Shown one piece after another: positions 18,275-27,325 of a stretch of DNA of 37,333 bases. The DNA comes from Polyangiales bacterium (GTDB taxonomy: Bacteria; Myxococcota_A; Polyangia; Polyangiales; Ga0077539). The DNA is taken from assembly GCA_046351535.1 (NCBI GenBank), contig JAXLYG010000005.1, positions 1-37,333 of the forward strand, given 5' to 3'. The translations under genes were made by a program, and so were the position numbers. The stretch's first letter is position 1. Every line of letters begins with the position of its first letter. The notes beneath the pieces were generated by a model. The model did not search any database. It saw only the letters and a program-made list of their open reading frames with translations, and was not told the origin of the DNA.

Positions 18275-19438
18275 ATGCGCTCCGTCCGGCTCTGGTTGGT
18301 CGCCTCCCTCGCGCTCACCGCGTGCGGTTCGAACACCGTGCAGTCTCCGCCGACGGGCGCCGACGTCCCCGCGGTGAACCCCGACGGGAGCGTCGGCGAC
18401 GCGGTCACGCCCGGTGACGGCCCCATCACCACCGACGTGATCCCCACGACGGACGGCCCGCCCGGAACCGACGGCGCCCCGGCCTTTCCGCTGACGGGGC
18501 TCTGGCGGCTCACGCGCTATGAGTTTCACGAGGCCAGCACGGGTCGCGCGGTCACGCTCACCGACCGCGACTCGGACTACACCAACCCCGAGACGATGAT
18601 GACGACGGCGCTGCGCGTGAACGGGCTCGCGCAGATCGACAGCACGCACCTCGCGCTCACCTTCGGCAACCTCGCGGCGGGACACTTCTACGCCTCGATT
18701 CCGACCTCGGCGACGGACACGGGCTACGGCGCGAACGGCTTCGGCACGGCGGGCCTGCTCGACGAGGCGCGCGGCGAGTTCGCCGTGACGGGCACGACGG
18801 AGCCCACGCGCATCGAGCGCAACGCCGACGGCACGATCTCGATCGTCTTCGCGAACAGCGACACGACCACGCGGGCCTCGTGGAGCCGCGCGACGGACAG
18901 CGGCCCGGCGCTCCCGTCGATCAACGCGGTCGGCCTCGCCATGACGCGCGGGGCCTCGTACCAGGGGACGCGCCCCCGCCTCGCGCTCTTCTGGGACGTG
19001 CGCGGTGAGACGCGACGGATCGAGACCAACGGCACCGCGCTGCGCTTCGTCGGACGCTTCGCCACGTACCCCGTCACGCTCGCGGGGACGCCTCCCGCCG
19101 AGGCGATCGGCGCGTGGATGGGCAGCCAGATCGCCATCGCCTACCTCGCCGTGTACGACGACGTCGACGACAACACCCGCTACGACCAGGGGACCGACCA
19201 CCTCGACGGCCTCTCGCCCGTGGTGATCACCTGGCGCGCGGCGACGCCCTTCACGGCCCCTGCGGGCGGCGGACATTTTCCGTTGCGCCTCGTGGGCGAC
19301 GGATGGCGCTTCGGTCACGTTCACCTCGACTACGGCCTCGGCCGCGCCGACGTGGTGGGCTACGACGGAACCGTCCCCGTGTCGCCGGATCTCCCCGTGG
19401 CGCGTGACATCTCGGTGGGCATCCCGAACGTGCTGTGA
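18275..19438 (+). CDS. Secreted lipoprotein of unknown function
   Basis: The internal Met gives signal MRSVRLWLVASLALTAC with canonical lipobox LTAC. Thr/Asp/Gly-rich mature protein with balanced composition. Confidence 0.55.
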   Translation: MRSVRLWLVASLALTACGSNTVQSPPTGADVPAVNPDGSVGDAVTPGDGPITTDVIPTTDGPPGTDGAPAFPLTGLWRLTRYEFHEASTGRAVTLTDRDSDYTNPETMMTTALRVNGLAQIDSTHLALTFGNLAAGHFYASIPTSATDTGYGANGFGTAGLLDEARGEFAVTGTTEPTRIERNADGTISIVFANSDTTTRASWSRATDSGPALPSINAVGLAMTRGASYQGTRPRLALFWDVRGETRRIETNGTALRFVGRFATYPVTLAGTPPAEAIGAWMGSQIAIAYLAVYDDVDDNTRYDQGTDHLDGLSPVVITWRAATPFTAPAGGGHFPLRLVGDGWRFGHVHLDYGLGRADVVGYDGTVPVSPDLPVARDISVGIPNVL

Positions 19439-19600
19439 GGCGCTTCCGAGCGCGTATCCGAAACGCCGTGACCGCGCTCCACGCGGCGCGCGTCGAAGTG
19501 CCCCGGCGGTGCGCTCCGCGAGATGCCTCGCGAGCGCTACGAGCACCTCCGTGCCCGAAGCCTCTGGAAAATCATGCGTGTTTCGTGCACAACGCGCAGC

Positions 19601-20536
19601 ATGAACGTTTCCCGACTCAACGCTCCGCGCGGTACGCGCTGGAACGTCCTCTTCATGCTGACCGCACTCGGCGGGTCTGCTCTCCTTGCAGGCTGCGGTG
19701 ATTCCACGCCGACCACCACCCCGGACGCCGCCGCTGACACGGTGACGACCGACACGCCTGCGACCGACACGCCCGCGACTGACACGCCCGCGACCGACAC
19801 GCCCGCGACCGACACGCCCGCGACCGACACGCCCGCGACCGACGTGCCTGCGACCGACACGCCGGCCACCGACGTGCCTGCGACCGACACGCCCACCACC
19901 GACGTGCCCGTCACCGACACGCCTGCGACCGACACGCCTGCGACCGACACGCCTGCGACCGACACGCCCGCGACCGATGCGCCTGCGACCGATGCGCCTG
20001 CGACCGACGCTGCGACCGACGCCGCGACCGACGCCGCGACCGATGCGCCTGCGACGCCGACCTGCATGGCGTACTGCGCTGCGATCCAGAGCGCCTGCAC
20101 GGGCGACAACCAGCAGTACAGCTCGATGGAGTCCTGCCTCGGCGCGTGCGCCAACTTCGCCGTCGGAACCGCGGGCGCCACGTCGGGCAACACCCTCGCG
20201 TGCCGCACCTACCACGCGGGCGCCGCCGCGACGGGACCGGCCACCCACTGCACGCACGCCGGCCCCGGCGGCGACGGCCCCTGCGGCACCAACTGCGAGG
20301 GCTTCTGCACCATCGCGCAGGGCGTCTGCACCGGCGCGAACCAGCAGTTCGCCAGCATGGCCGTGTGCATGACGGCCTGCGCCGGCTTCGCCACGGGCAC
20401 CCGCTACAACAGCATGCAGACGTCGGGAAACACCTTCGCCTGCCGCCTCTATCACCTCTCGGTCGCCGCCTCGAGCGCAGCCTCGGCCACGACCCACTGC
20501 CCGCACATCGTCGCCGCGTCGCCCGTCTGCCGCTGA
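19601..20536 (+). CDS. Lipoprotein with an (A)TDTP pentapeptide tandem-repeat linker and two duplicated six-Cys C-terminal domains
   Basis: Signal MNVSRLNAPRGTRWNVLFMLTALGGSALLAGC (lipobox LAGC). About 21 TDTPA/TDVPA/TDAPA repeats. Two homologous ~75-aa Cys modules (C..YC..I...CTG.NQQ..SM..C...CA.FA.GT......SGNT.ACR.YH). Confidence 0.65.
   Translation: MNVSRLNAPRGTRWNVLFMLTALGGSALLAGCGDSTPTTTPDAAADTVTTDTPATDTPATDTPATDTPATDTPATDTPATDVPATDTPATDVPATDTPTTDVPVTDTPATDTPATDTPATDTPATDAPATDAPATDAATDAATDAATDAPATPTCMAYCAAIQSACTGDNQQYSSMESCLGACANFAVGTAGATSGNTLACRTYHAGAAATGPATHCTHAGPGGDGPCGTNCEGFCTIAQGVCTGANQQFASMAVCMTACAGFATGTRYNSMQTSGNTFACRLYHLSVAASSAASATTHCPHIVAASPVCR
19741..20060. repeat. Coding tandem repeat, 15-bp unit (accgacacgcc[c/t]gcg) x ~21 with degenerate 12-bp units at the 3' end
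   Basis: Directly visible periodicity gaccgacacgcccgcgaccgacacgcccgcg... encoding TDTPA. The antisense ORF 19537..20208 (SVAG repeats) is its mirror artefact. Confidence 0.8.
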
Positions 20537-20581
20537 GCGACAGCACCTCAGCCCCCATTCTCGCGGGCTGAGCGCCCCCCT

Positions 20582-21199
20582 TCACCCGCCGTCGAGACGC
20601 TGCGCTTCGAGCGTCGTGATCGTCAGCGAGTACCCCATCCAGCCGTTGCGAAACTCCACCACGCGCGGGGGCGTGTCGCCCTCCATGCCGCCCTCGTAGC
20701 GCACGTCGATGGTGCTCGCGGGAACGCCGTCGAGCCGTCGGAAGTGACGCTCCATGAGCCTCCCCGCGCGCCACACCTCGCGGATCTCTTCACCATCGCG
20801 CGTGCCTCTGCGCTCACCGTCGACGGCGGGCGCGGGGCCGAGCCCGATGAAGAGCGTGCGGTGGATGTCGAGCAGCATGTACCGCGGCGGAAAGGGGAGC
20901 TCGCCCGGCATGTGCGACGTGAAGCTCACCTCGGTTCCGCGCTGCTGGAGCACGAACGCGCGCGTGCCGAAGGGCGTGAGGCCGAGGAGCGTGAGCGTGT
21001 CTCCCTGCTTCTGGAGCACGGCGTCGAAGGACACGTCGCGCCCCGGATAGTGCGCCTCGACGCGCTGCCGAAACATGAACGCGCCGCGGATCTCCGACGT
21101 GGGGAGGAGCGTCCCCGGATGCGTCACGACAGGCATCGCGGGCGGCCGTCGCGAGGCGCACGCGAGCGCGAGACACGCGGCGAGGATCGATCGCTTCAC
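20582..21199 (-). CDS. DUF3261-like outer-membrane lipoprotein (aryl-polyene-cluster-associated), start at GTG 21199 overlapping the MMPL stop (GTGA)
   Basis: Internal start VKRSILAACLALAC gives lipobox ILAAC. About 205 aa mature protein. The upstream part of the listed ORF is junk overlapping the MMPL gene. Sits in a conserved MMPL/LolA neighbourhood. Confidence 0.5.
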   Translation of the reverse strand: MKRSILAACLALACASRRPPAMPVVTHPGTLLPTSEIRGAFMFRQRVEAHYPGRDVSFDAVLQKQGDTLTLLGLTPFGTRAFVLQQRGTEVSFTSHMPGELPFPPRYMLLDIHRTLFIGLGPAPAVDGERRGTRDGEEIREVWRAGRLMERHFRRLDGVPASTIDVRYEGGMEGDTPPRVVEFRNGWMGYSLTITTLEAQRLDGG

Positions 21200-23562
21200 G
21201 GTGACCTCCGCGCCGAGAGGAGGTGATGCGTGGCGGGCGCGAGCAGCATGCTGAAGGTGAGCCCGACGCCGGTGGTGAGCCCGATCGCGCGCAGCGACGG
21301 GTTCGACGACACCGCGAGGAGTCCGAACGAGAGCAGCGCCGAGGCCCACGCCACGGTCACGCTGAGCAGCGTCTCGGAGGTCGCCTCGGGGTGTCGCGTG
21401 GTCTCGGCCACGAAGATCCCATAGTCGACGCCGGTGCTCAGCACCATGAGCAGGCCGAGCAGGTGCATGAGGTTGGCGGGGATTCCGAGGAGGCCCACGA
21501 CGGCGATCGCGGTGGCGCCCGCGAGCACCGATGGGGCGAAGGCCGCGAGCGAGGTGCCGATCGTACGGTACCGAACGAACAGCATCAGGAGCACCGCGCC
21601 GAGCCCCGCGACGATGACCTCCAACGTGCGACGGCGATATCGCCCGTAGGTCTCGCGGAGAAAGAGCGACTGGTCGAAGTACGCCACGCCGTCGAGGTCG
21701 CCGACGCGCGCCGCCACGGCCCTCGCGTCACGCACGCCTTCGAGAAAGGTCAGATACCCCACGCGCTCCCCGACGCGCACGCGGAAGGGCCGCGCGAGCT
21801 CGATGAGGGGCGTGCGCGCAAGGGTCTCCCAGGTGAGCGCTTCGGGGGCGGGCTCTGCGAGCGCGCGGGTGAATCCGTCGAGCGCGCCCGCGCGAAATCC
21901 CTCGCGCTCGAAGGCCGCGGCGGCTCTCCCGGCGAGGCGAGGCGAGGCGCGCACGAGGTCCTCGTTGCGGCGTTGCAGATCGCGCGACCACAGCATCGCG
22001 TGAAGCGACCGGAAGGCCCGCACGTCACCCGCGGCGCGCGCGTCGGCGAGGCGCATCGCGACGCGGTCGTTGCGCTGGAGGGCCTCCTCATCGGTGGCGC
22101 CCGTGGCGATCACGAAGCGCCCCTCGTCGAGCCGCGAGACCAGCGCGCGGACCTCGCGCTCCTCGCGCATCATCGCGGGGTCGACCTCGGTGAGCGCGCG
22201 CGCGTCGTCGACCCAGCGCACCCGCGGAATCCCCACGACGCAGAGCAGGAGCGCCGTGAGGGGGACCACCAGCGCGAGGCCCCTCCGCCGTCGCAGCGCG
22301 TCGACCGCGCGCGTCACGGCGTCGGCCAGCGCGCGCTGAAACCTCACCGGGATGGGCTCCTTCGGGAGCAGCGGCGCCACGAGGTAGCGCGTCGCGAGGA
22401 GCGCCCCGCCGACGCCGAAGGTGGCGAACACGGCGATCTCGCGCAGCCCGGGGAAGCTCGTGTACGCGAGGCCCGCGAGGCCCGCCATCGTCGTGAGCGC
22501 GCCGAGCCGCACGGCGGGCCACACGCGCATGAGCGTCGCGTGCGGCCCCTCGGGCGACGGGCGCAGCGTGTGGTGGTTGATGAGAAACACCGGGTAGTCG
22601 AAGCACACGCCGATGAGCGACGCGCCGAACGCGAGCGTGAGCCCGTGCAGCTTGCCGAACACCGCGAGGCCCGCGGTCATCGCGACGAGCATCCCCGCGC
22701 CGAGCGGGAGCGACGCGAGCACGAGGTACCGCAGCGACCTGTGGATGAGCATGAAGAGCGCGACGACGCCCGCGGTCGAGAGGATCGAGATGCGCTCGGT
22801 GTCTCCGCGGATCTGCCCTTCTGCAGCGACGGCGATGCGATGCGCGCCGCTCTGTCGCAAGCGGAGCGCGTGGGCGTGGGCGCCGTTCACGCGCTCGAAG
22901 GCGCGGTTGATCGCGGCGATGAACGGGCGCTGTCGCGCGCCATCGAAGGCCGAGTGGCGCGTCGCGAGAAAGATCACGCCGTCGCGTCCGTCGGCGGAGA
23001 CGAACTGCCCGTCGCGCAGCGTGAGGGCGCCCGCCTGCGCGCTTCGAAGCCGCGTGAGCTCGGTGAGAAAGCCGAGGAGAGGGTCGCTCCCCGCGACGCG
23101 CGCGACGAGCGTTCCTGCGGGGGAGGCGAGCTGGCGTTTGACCTCGCGCGCGGCGTCGACGAGGCCCGCGTCGGTGAGCCTCGCGGGGAGTTCCTCTTCG
23201 GGTCGATCGGAGAGGAACGCGTGCCTCCGCGGGAACCACACGTCGTGGAAGGCGCGCTCCATCGAGGGGTCGACGCCCGCGCGCAGCCACGCCACCTCGG
23301 GGTTCGCGCGCAGCGCGTCGGCGAGCTCCCTCGCGGAGGTCGCGGCGGTCTCTGCGTCGGGCGCTCCGACGGCGAGCACCATCGTGCGAGAGAGCTCGCT
23401 CTCGGCCACGGCGCGCGAGACCCACGCGAGGCGCGCGTCCTCGCCCGCGGGGAGAAAGTGGGTGATCTCGTTGCCGACGCGCATCCGTCGCGCGGAGAAG
23501 ATCGCCATCGCGGCGAGGAGCGCGAAGCCCGCGATGAGCTGAGTGCGTTCTCGTCGTTGCAT
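21196..23562 (-). CDS. MMPL/RND-superfamily exporter (ApeM-like)
   Basis: 788 aa. Two hydrophobic 5-6 TM bundles (around LVLASLPLGAGMLVAMTAGLAVFGKL and LAAFAPSVLAGATAIAVVGLLGIP) separated by large soluble domains, as in MMPL family exporters. Confidence 0.75.
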   Translation of the reverse strand: MQRRERTQLIAGFALLAAMAIFSARRMRVGNEITHFLPAGEDARLAWVSRAVAESELSRTMVLAVGAPDAETAATSARELADALRANPEVAWLRAGVDPSMERAFHDVWFPRRHAFLSDRPEEELPARLTDAGLVDAAREVKRQLASPAGTLVARVAGSDPLLGFLTELTRLRSAQAGALTLRDGQFVSADGRDGVIFLATRHSAFDGARQRPFIAAINRAFERVNGAHAHALRLRQSGAHRIAVAAEGQIRGDTERISILSTAGVVALFMLIHRSLRYLVLASLPLGAGMLVAMTAGLAVFGKLHGLTLAFGASLIGVCFDYPVFLINHHTLRPSPEGPHATLMRVWPAVRLGALTTMAGLAGLAYTSFPGLREIAVFATFGVGGALLATRYLVAPLLPKEPIPVRFQRALADAVTRAVDALRRRRGLALVVPLTALLLCVVGIPRVRWVDDARALTEVDPAMMREEREVRALVSRLDEGRFVIATGATDEEALQRNDRVAMRLADARAAGDVRAFRSLHAMLWSRDLQRRNEDLVRASPRLAGRAAAAFEREGFRAGALDGFTRALAEPAPEALTWETLARTPLIELARPFRVRVGERVGYLTFLEGVRDARAVAARVGDLDGVAYFDQSLFLRETYGRYRRRTLEVIVAGLGAVLLMLFVRYRTIGTSLAAFAPSVLAGATAIAVVGLLGIPANLMHLLGLLMVLSTGVDYGIFVAETTRHPEATSETLLSVTVAWASALLSFGLLAVSSNPSLRAIGLTTGVGLTFSMLLAPATHHLLSARRSP

Positions 23563-23577
23563 CGGGGCGTCGGGGTC

Positions 23578-24303
23578 TCAGGGCGAGAGTCGAAAGACGC
23601 GCGCGGCCTCGTCGGGCGCGTATCTGCGCGCGGCGTCGACCTCGGTGAAGCGCGTCGAGGTCTCGTCTCCGCTCGTCTCTCGCAGGGTCATCGCGTCGAG
23701 GATCACGCCCGCGCCTCGGAGCTCGATGTCGCGGAACACGCGCTGAATGGTGGCCACGCGAGGACGGAGCGTGAGCGTCCACGCCTCGGGACGCTGCGCG
23801 TCGGGGACGCGAAAATCGATCTCGTAGCTCCGCTCCAGGGCCGCACGATCGCCCGCGACGAGCGCGAGAAAGCTGTCGACGAACTGCCGCACCACGGGCG
23901 TCGCGTTCATGTCGATCGACTGCTCTCCGCGGCCATCCCCGAAGCGGAGGTGAGAGCCCTCGATGAGCACCGTCGAGGGCGCGGGCGTCGCGGTGCGACG
24001 CACGAGGCGAGAGGGCGGCGCGTAGTCGAGGGTCCCTTCGCTCACGAGCGGCGCGGCGAGGAGCTGCACGCGCTTCTCTTCGCGAAACCGCGCGTGGAGA
24101 CCGGGCACCGCGGCGAAGCGGCGGAGCAGCGCGTCGAGCGTCACGGGCGCGGCCACGGGCGCCGCGGGCGCGACGGGCGCGGTCACGGGCGTGCGGGTCG
24201 GACGGTTGCGCGGAGGGCGACGCGGCTGCGACGACGCGAGCGCCGAGAGGGCCACGAGCGACAGCGCGAGCGCGCTACGCGACGATGCGGGAACGGATGG
24301 CAT
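23578..24303 (-). CDS. LolA-like outer-membrane lipoprotein carrier family protein (ApeL-like)
   Basis: Signal peptide MPSVPASSRSALALSLVALSALASS. About 240 aa. Position between the MMPL exporter and thioesterase matches APE-type clusters. Confidence 0.55.
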   Translation of the reverse strand: MPSVPASSRSALALSLVALSALASSQPRRPPRNRPTRTPVTAPVAPAAPVAAPVTLDALLRRFAAVPGLHARFREEKRVQLLAAPLVSEGTLDYAPPSRLVRRTATPAPSTVLIEGSHLRFGDGRGEQSIDMNATPVVRQFVDSFLALVAGDRAALERSYEIDFRVPDAQRPEAWTLTLRPRVATIQRVFRDIELRGAGVILDAMTLRETSGDETSTRFTEVDAARRYAPDEAARVFRLSP

Positions 24304-24670
24304 CGGGGGTCTCCATGAGCAGCTCGCCGGCGGGCGTGGTGGTGACGAGGACGGTGCGCGCCCGCGCGACGCGGCGGTCGTGCGTGACGCTGTGGAGGTC
24401 GTAGAAGACCACGATGCGCTGCTCGACGTCGCCGAAGCGCGCCGTCACGCGCACGCGCTCGCCGTAGCGCAACGGGCGCATGTAGCGGCAGTGCGCGTCG
24501 ACGACCATCATGTGAAGGCCGAGCTCCATGAGGTCGGGCACGTCGAGGCGGTGGACGCGCATGAGCTCGGTGCGCGCGAGCTCGAGGTACTTGAAGTAGT
24601 TGCCGTGCCACACGACGCGCAGCCCGTCGACGTCGTGAAAGGGCACGGTGAGCTCGATGGAGGCGCTCAC
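24275..24670 (-). CDS. Hotdog-fold acyl-CoA/acyl-ACP thioesterase (4HBT/YbgC-like)
   Basis: About 131 aa from GTG start VSASIELTVPFHDVD...HGNYFKYLE, with conserved Asp and HGN typical of 4HBT thioesterases. GTGA overlap with the upstream acyltransferase stop. The longer listed ORF's N-terminus is Arg-rich junk. Confidence 0.6.
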   Translation of the reverse strand: MSASIELTVPFHDVDGLRVVWHGNYFKYLELARTELMRVHRLDVPDLMELGLHMMVVDAHCRYMRPLRYGERVRVTARFGDVEQRIVVFYDLHSVTHDRRVARARTVLVTTTPAGELLMETPDAIRSRIVA

Positions 24671-25575
24671 GGCGAGGGCCTCCAGAAGTCGTAGAAGTTG
24701 AACCAGTTGTCGGGCGCGAGGCGGCAGTAGTGCTCGAGGCGCTCGGCGTAGCGGCGCGCCCACGCGGCGAGGGAAGCGTCGCGGTCGCGTCGATCGACCA
24801 CGAGCGGATCGGCGAAGGGCTCGCAGTAGAGGTCGTAGCGATCGGGCTCGGTGAACACGCCGAAGGTGAGGAACACCGGGCACCGCAGCGACGACGCGAG
24901 CAGGTACGGCCCCACGGGGAAGAGCGCCTTTCCGCCGAGAAAATCGATCTCCGCGGTGCGCGCGTTGAGGCCCGTGCGGTCGGCGAGGAGCGCGACGAAC
25001 TCGCCCCTCTCGACGCGCTCCTTGAGCGCGAGGATGTAGTCGAAGCCCTCGGGCTCGATCTCGACGACGCGCGTCGACGCCTCGGGGTTCACGGCCGCGA
25101 GCGCCGCGTTGATCATCTTCGCGTTGCGAAAGTACCCGACGATGTTGACCGCGAAGTCGCGGCTGCGCCCCTGGGCGCGCATCGCTTCGAAGCTCCCGAG
25201 GTGCGCGCCGATGAGCACGGCCCCTCGGCCCGCCTCACGCGCCGCGCGGAGGTGCTCGGTGCCGTGGCTCTCGATGGTGAAGAGGTCGCGCCGCCCCTTG
25301 AGCAGAAAGAACCGATCGAGCGCGCAGTGCGCGAAGGTCAGCACGTGGCGGTACACGTCACCGAGCGAGGCGCCGCCGCGGACGCGCGTGAGGTAGTCGC
25401 GCGAGCACCGCCGCACGCGCCCGTGGAGCCCCACGTAGTACACGCACAGCGCCGCGAGGAAGAGCCGCGCGGGGCCGCGCCCGAAGGCCGTGCAGAGCCA
25501 CACGACGAAGCGGATGCCGAGCACCGCGCCCTTCTCGCGCGTCTCGAGCCAGCCCTTCGGCGCGTCGTCGCTCAC
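24667..25575 (-). CDS. LpxL/HtrB-type lipid A biosynthesis acyltransferase family protein (lysophospholipid acyltransferase)
   Basis: Real start VSDDAPKGWLETREKGAVLGIRFVVWL at GTG overlapping the GT2 stop (GTGA). TM anchor then acyltransferase domain. The first 91 aa of the listed ORF overlap the upstream gene and are junk. Confidence 0.6.
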   Translation of the reverse strand: MSDDAPKGWLETREKGAVLGIRFVVWLCTAFGRGPARLFLAALCVYYVGLHGRVRRCSRDYLTRVRGGASLGDVYRHVLTFAHCALDRFFLLKGRRDLFTIESHGTEHLRAAREAGRGAVLIGAHLGSFEAMRAQGRSRDFAVNIVGYFRNAKMINAALAAVNPEASTRVVEIEPEGFDYILALKERVERGEFVALLADRTGLNARTAEIDFLGGKALFPVGPYLLASSLRCPVFLTFGVFTEPDRYDLYCEPFADPLVVDRRDRDASLAAWARRYAERLEHYCRLAPDNWFNFYDFWRPSP

Positions 25576-26309
25576 GGCGCCGCCTCCCGTCGCGGCGCGA
25601 AGAAGCGCGCGATGCGGGTGAGCATGAGCCGCGTGTGCATCCAGCTGATGAGGGCGTTGTCGCGCACCATGCGAAAGTGCGACACGCCGCCGTCTTCGCG
25701 CGAGATGTAGCGCACGCGCGTCGGGAGGTTGATCACCGGGACGCCCGCCCACACCATGCGCACGGCGATCTCGGGGTCGAAGTCCATCGCGTCGCCGCGG
25801 GTGTTCGACGCGAGGGCCGCGCGCAGCGGGTACACGCGAAAGCCGCACATGGGGTCGGCGATCACGGGTCCGCCCGCCTCGACGTTGGTCCAGAAGCGGG
25901 TGATCTCGCGCGCGGCGCGCCGTGATTTGGGCGCGCTCTCGTCGAAGACGGGCTGCCCGAGCACCAGCGCCTCGGGCCTCTCGCGCGCGGCTTCGAGGAA
26001 GCGCGGGATGTCTTCGAAGGTGTGCTGTCCGTCGGCGTCGACCTGGAGCGCGTGCGTGTACCCGAGCGCGAGCGCGGCGCGGAAGCCGTCCTTCACGGCG
26101 GCTCCCTTTCCCCCGTTCTGCGCGCGTCGGTGGAGGTGCGCGAGGCCCTCCGAGGCGATGGCGTCGAGCACGGCGCGGGCCTCGGGTCCGCTGCCGTCAT
26201 CGACGACGACGACGTCGCCGAGGTGCTCCCGCGCGCGCTCGACGACGGCGCGCACGGTGGCGGGGTTGTTGTACGTGGGGATGAGCACGCAGGGCTTGAA
26301 CTCGCTCAC
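25572..26309 (-). CDS. Family 2 glycosyltransferase (ApeJ-like)
   Basis: MSEFKPCVLIPTYNNPATV...VVVDDGS...QVDADGQH: GT-A fold DxD/DAD motifs. 245 aa. Confidence 0.7.
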   Translation of the reverse strand: MSEFKPCVLIPTYNNPATVRAVVERAREHLGDVVVVDDGSGPEARAVLDAIASEGLAHLHRRAQNGGKGAAVKDGFRAALALGYTHALQVDADGQHTFEDIPRFLEAARERPEALVLGQPVFDESAPKSRRAAREITRFWTNVEAGGPVIADPMCGFRVYPLRAALASNTRGDAMDFDPEIAVRMVWAGVPVINLPTRVRYISREDGGVSHFRMVRDNALISWMHTRLMLTRIARFFAPRREAAP

Positions 26310-26677
26310 GGCGAAGCCTCTCCGAAATGGAGGGTCCCCGCCGAGGCGACGCCTCCTCCGAGCTCGATGACGAAGGCGACGGCGGCGCGCGCGCGGGTGT
26401 GTTCGAGGCGCAGCGAGAGGTCGTCGCCGGGCCTGATGGGCTTGTGAAACTTGAGCTTCGTCGCGCGTCGGAGCGGGGGCATCGCGGGCCAGGCCCGATG
26501 AACGAGCGGCAGCACGAGGTTGTTCAACTGCGCGACGGCGGGTAGCACCGGGTCTCCCTCGAAGTGCCCGAGGAAGTAGCAGAGCCCCGCGGGGACGTGC
26601 ACCGCAAAGTCCGCGCGCGCCACGCCGTCGGCCTCGCTCTGCGCCTCGCTGCGCACCTCGAACGCGCGCTCATCCAT
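26306..26677 (-). CDS. FabA/FabZ-like hotdog 3-hydroxyacyl-ACP dehydratase (ApeI/ApeP-like)
   Basis: Start MDERAFEV. Motif LCYFLGHFEGDPVLPAVAQ matches the FabZ F-x-GHFP-x-x-PV-xPGV motif. About 123 aa. The upstream 67 aa of the listed ORF are Arg/Ser junk. Confidence 0.6.
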   Translation of the reverse strand: MDERAFEVRSEAQSEADGVARADFAVHVPAGLCYFLGHFEGDPVLPAVAQLNNLVLPLVHRAWPAMPPLRRATKLKFHKPIRPGDDLSLRLEHTRARAAVAFVIELGGGVASAGTLHFGEASP

Positions 26678-27305
26678 CGCGCACCGCCGTCTCGGTGATG
26701 GGCGGAAAGAGCCTCGCCATGAGCCTGTCGTGGGGCGCGTTCCCGTAGCGCCTGAAGCGCATCGAGCGGAGCACGTACTCCACCGTGAACATCGCGCCGA
26801 GGAGCCCATACGAGAGCGCGCCCGTGTAGAGCGCCCACCACGCGACGGGCGCCGCGAGCGCGAGCACCGCGGAGACAACAGCGTTCACGGCGAAGAACAC
26901 ACACCACGCGACGGTGACCTTGCGACACCACGCTCTCTCGGGCTCCGAGAGGGTCGCGACCTGCATCCTCGCGAAGCGCTCGATGATCGGGGTGTCTCCG
27001 CGGAGCGTCGCGGCGAAGTGAACGAGCATCGCGGCGTTCACGAGCGAGGGCATCGCGAGCATGAAGCGCGCGTCGCGGAGCACCGCGGCGCACAGGGCCA
27101 GCGCGCCGATCGTGAGAGGGACCCGCAGCGCGTGGGCGAGGTCGTCGCGGCGGGCGTTCTTCGCGGCGACGAGGGCGCGCGGGACGGCGACGACGAGCAC
27201 GGCGAGGCCCACGGCGCGCGGACCCCAGCGGGTCACGCCGAGGTACACCGCGAAGGGGTACGCGAGCGTGGCGAGCACGCGGAGTGCGATCGCGAGCGCG
27301 CGCAT
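26670..27305 (-). CDS. Polytopic membrane protein of unknown function (ApeA-like position)
   Basis: 211 aa from MRALAIALRVLATLAYPFAVYL with 5-6 hydrophobic helices. Remainder of the listed 463-aa ORF is off-frame junk overlapping the halogenase gene. Confidence 0.5.
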   Translation of the reverse strand: MRALAIALRVLATLAYPFAVYLGVTRWGPRAVGLAVLVVAVPRALVAAKNARRDDLAHALRVPLTIGALALCAAVLRDARFMLAMPSLVNAAMLVHFAATLRGDTPIIERFARMQVATLSEPERAWCRKVTVAWCVFFAVNAVVSAVLALAAPVAWWALYTGALSYGLLGAMFTVEYVLRSMRFRRYGNAPHDRLMARLFPPITETAVRDG

Positions 27306-27325
27306 CTGCGTAGGGCGGAGTCCCT

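Noticed and set aside
19741-20060. Possible CRISPR array, given the regular short repeats
   Set aside because: Units are contiguous 15-bp repeats with no intervening unique spacers. They sit inside a coding frame translating to a TDTPA linker. No cas genes are nearby.
19537-20208. Minus-strand ORF encoding (SVAG)n repeats
   Set aside because: It is the reverse complement of the TDTPA-coding tandem repeat. The plus-strand gene has a lipobox signal and structured Cys domains, so the minus ORF is an antisense artefact.
24667-25848. Full-length 393-aa and 463-aa (26670..28061) track ORFs as the true gene extents
   Set aside because: Their N-terminal 90-250 residues are Arg/His-rich and overlap upstream genes. 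Internal GTG/ATG starts produce GTGA/ATGA couplings and proteins of the expected family sizes.
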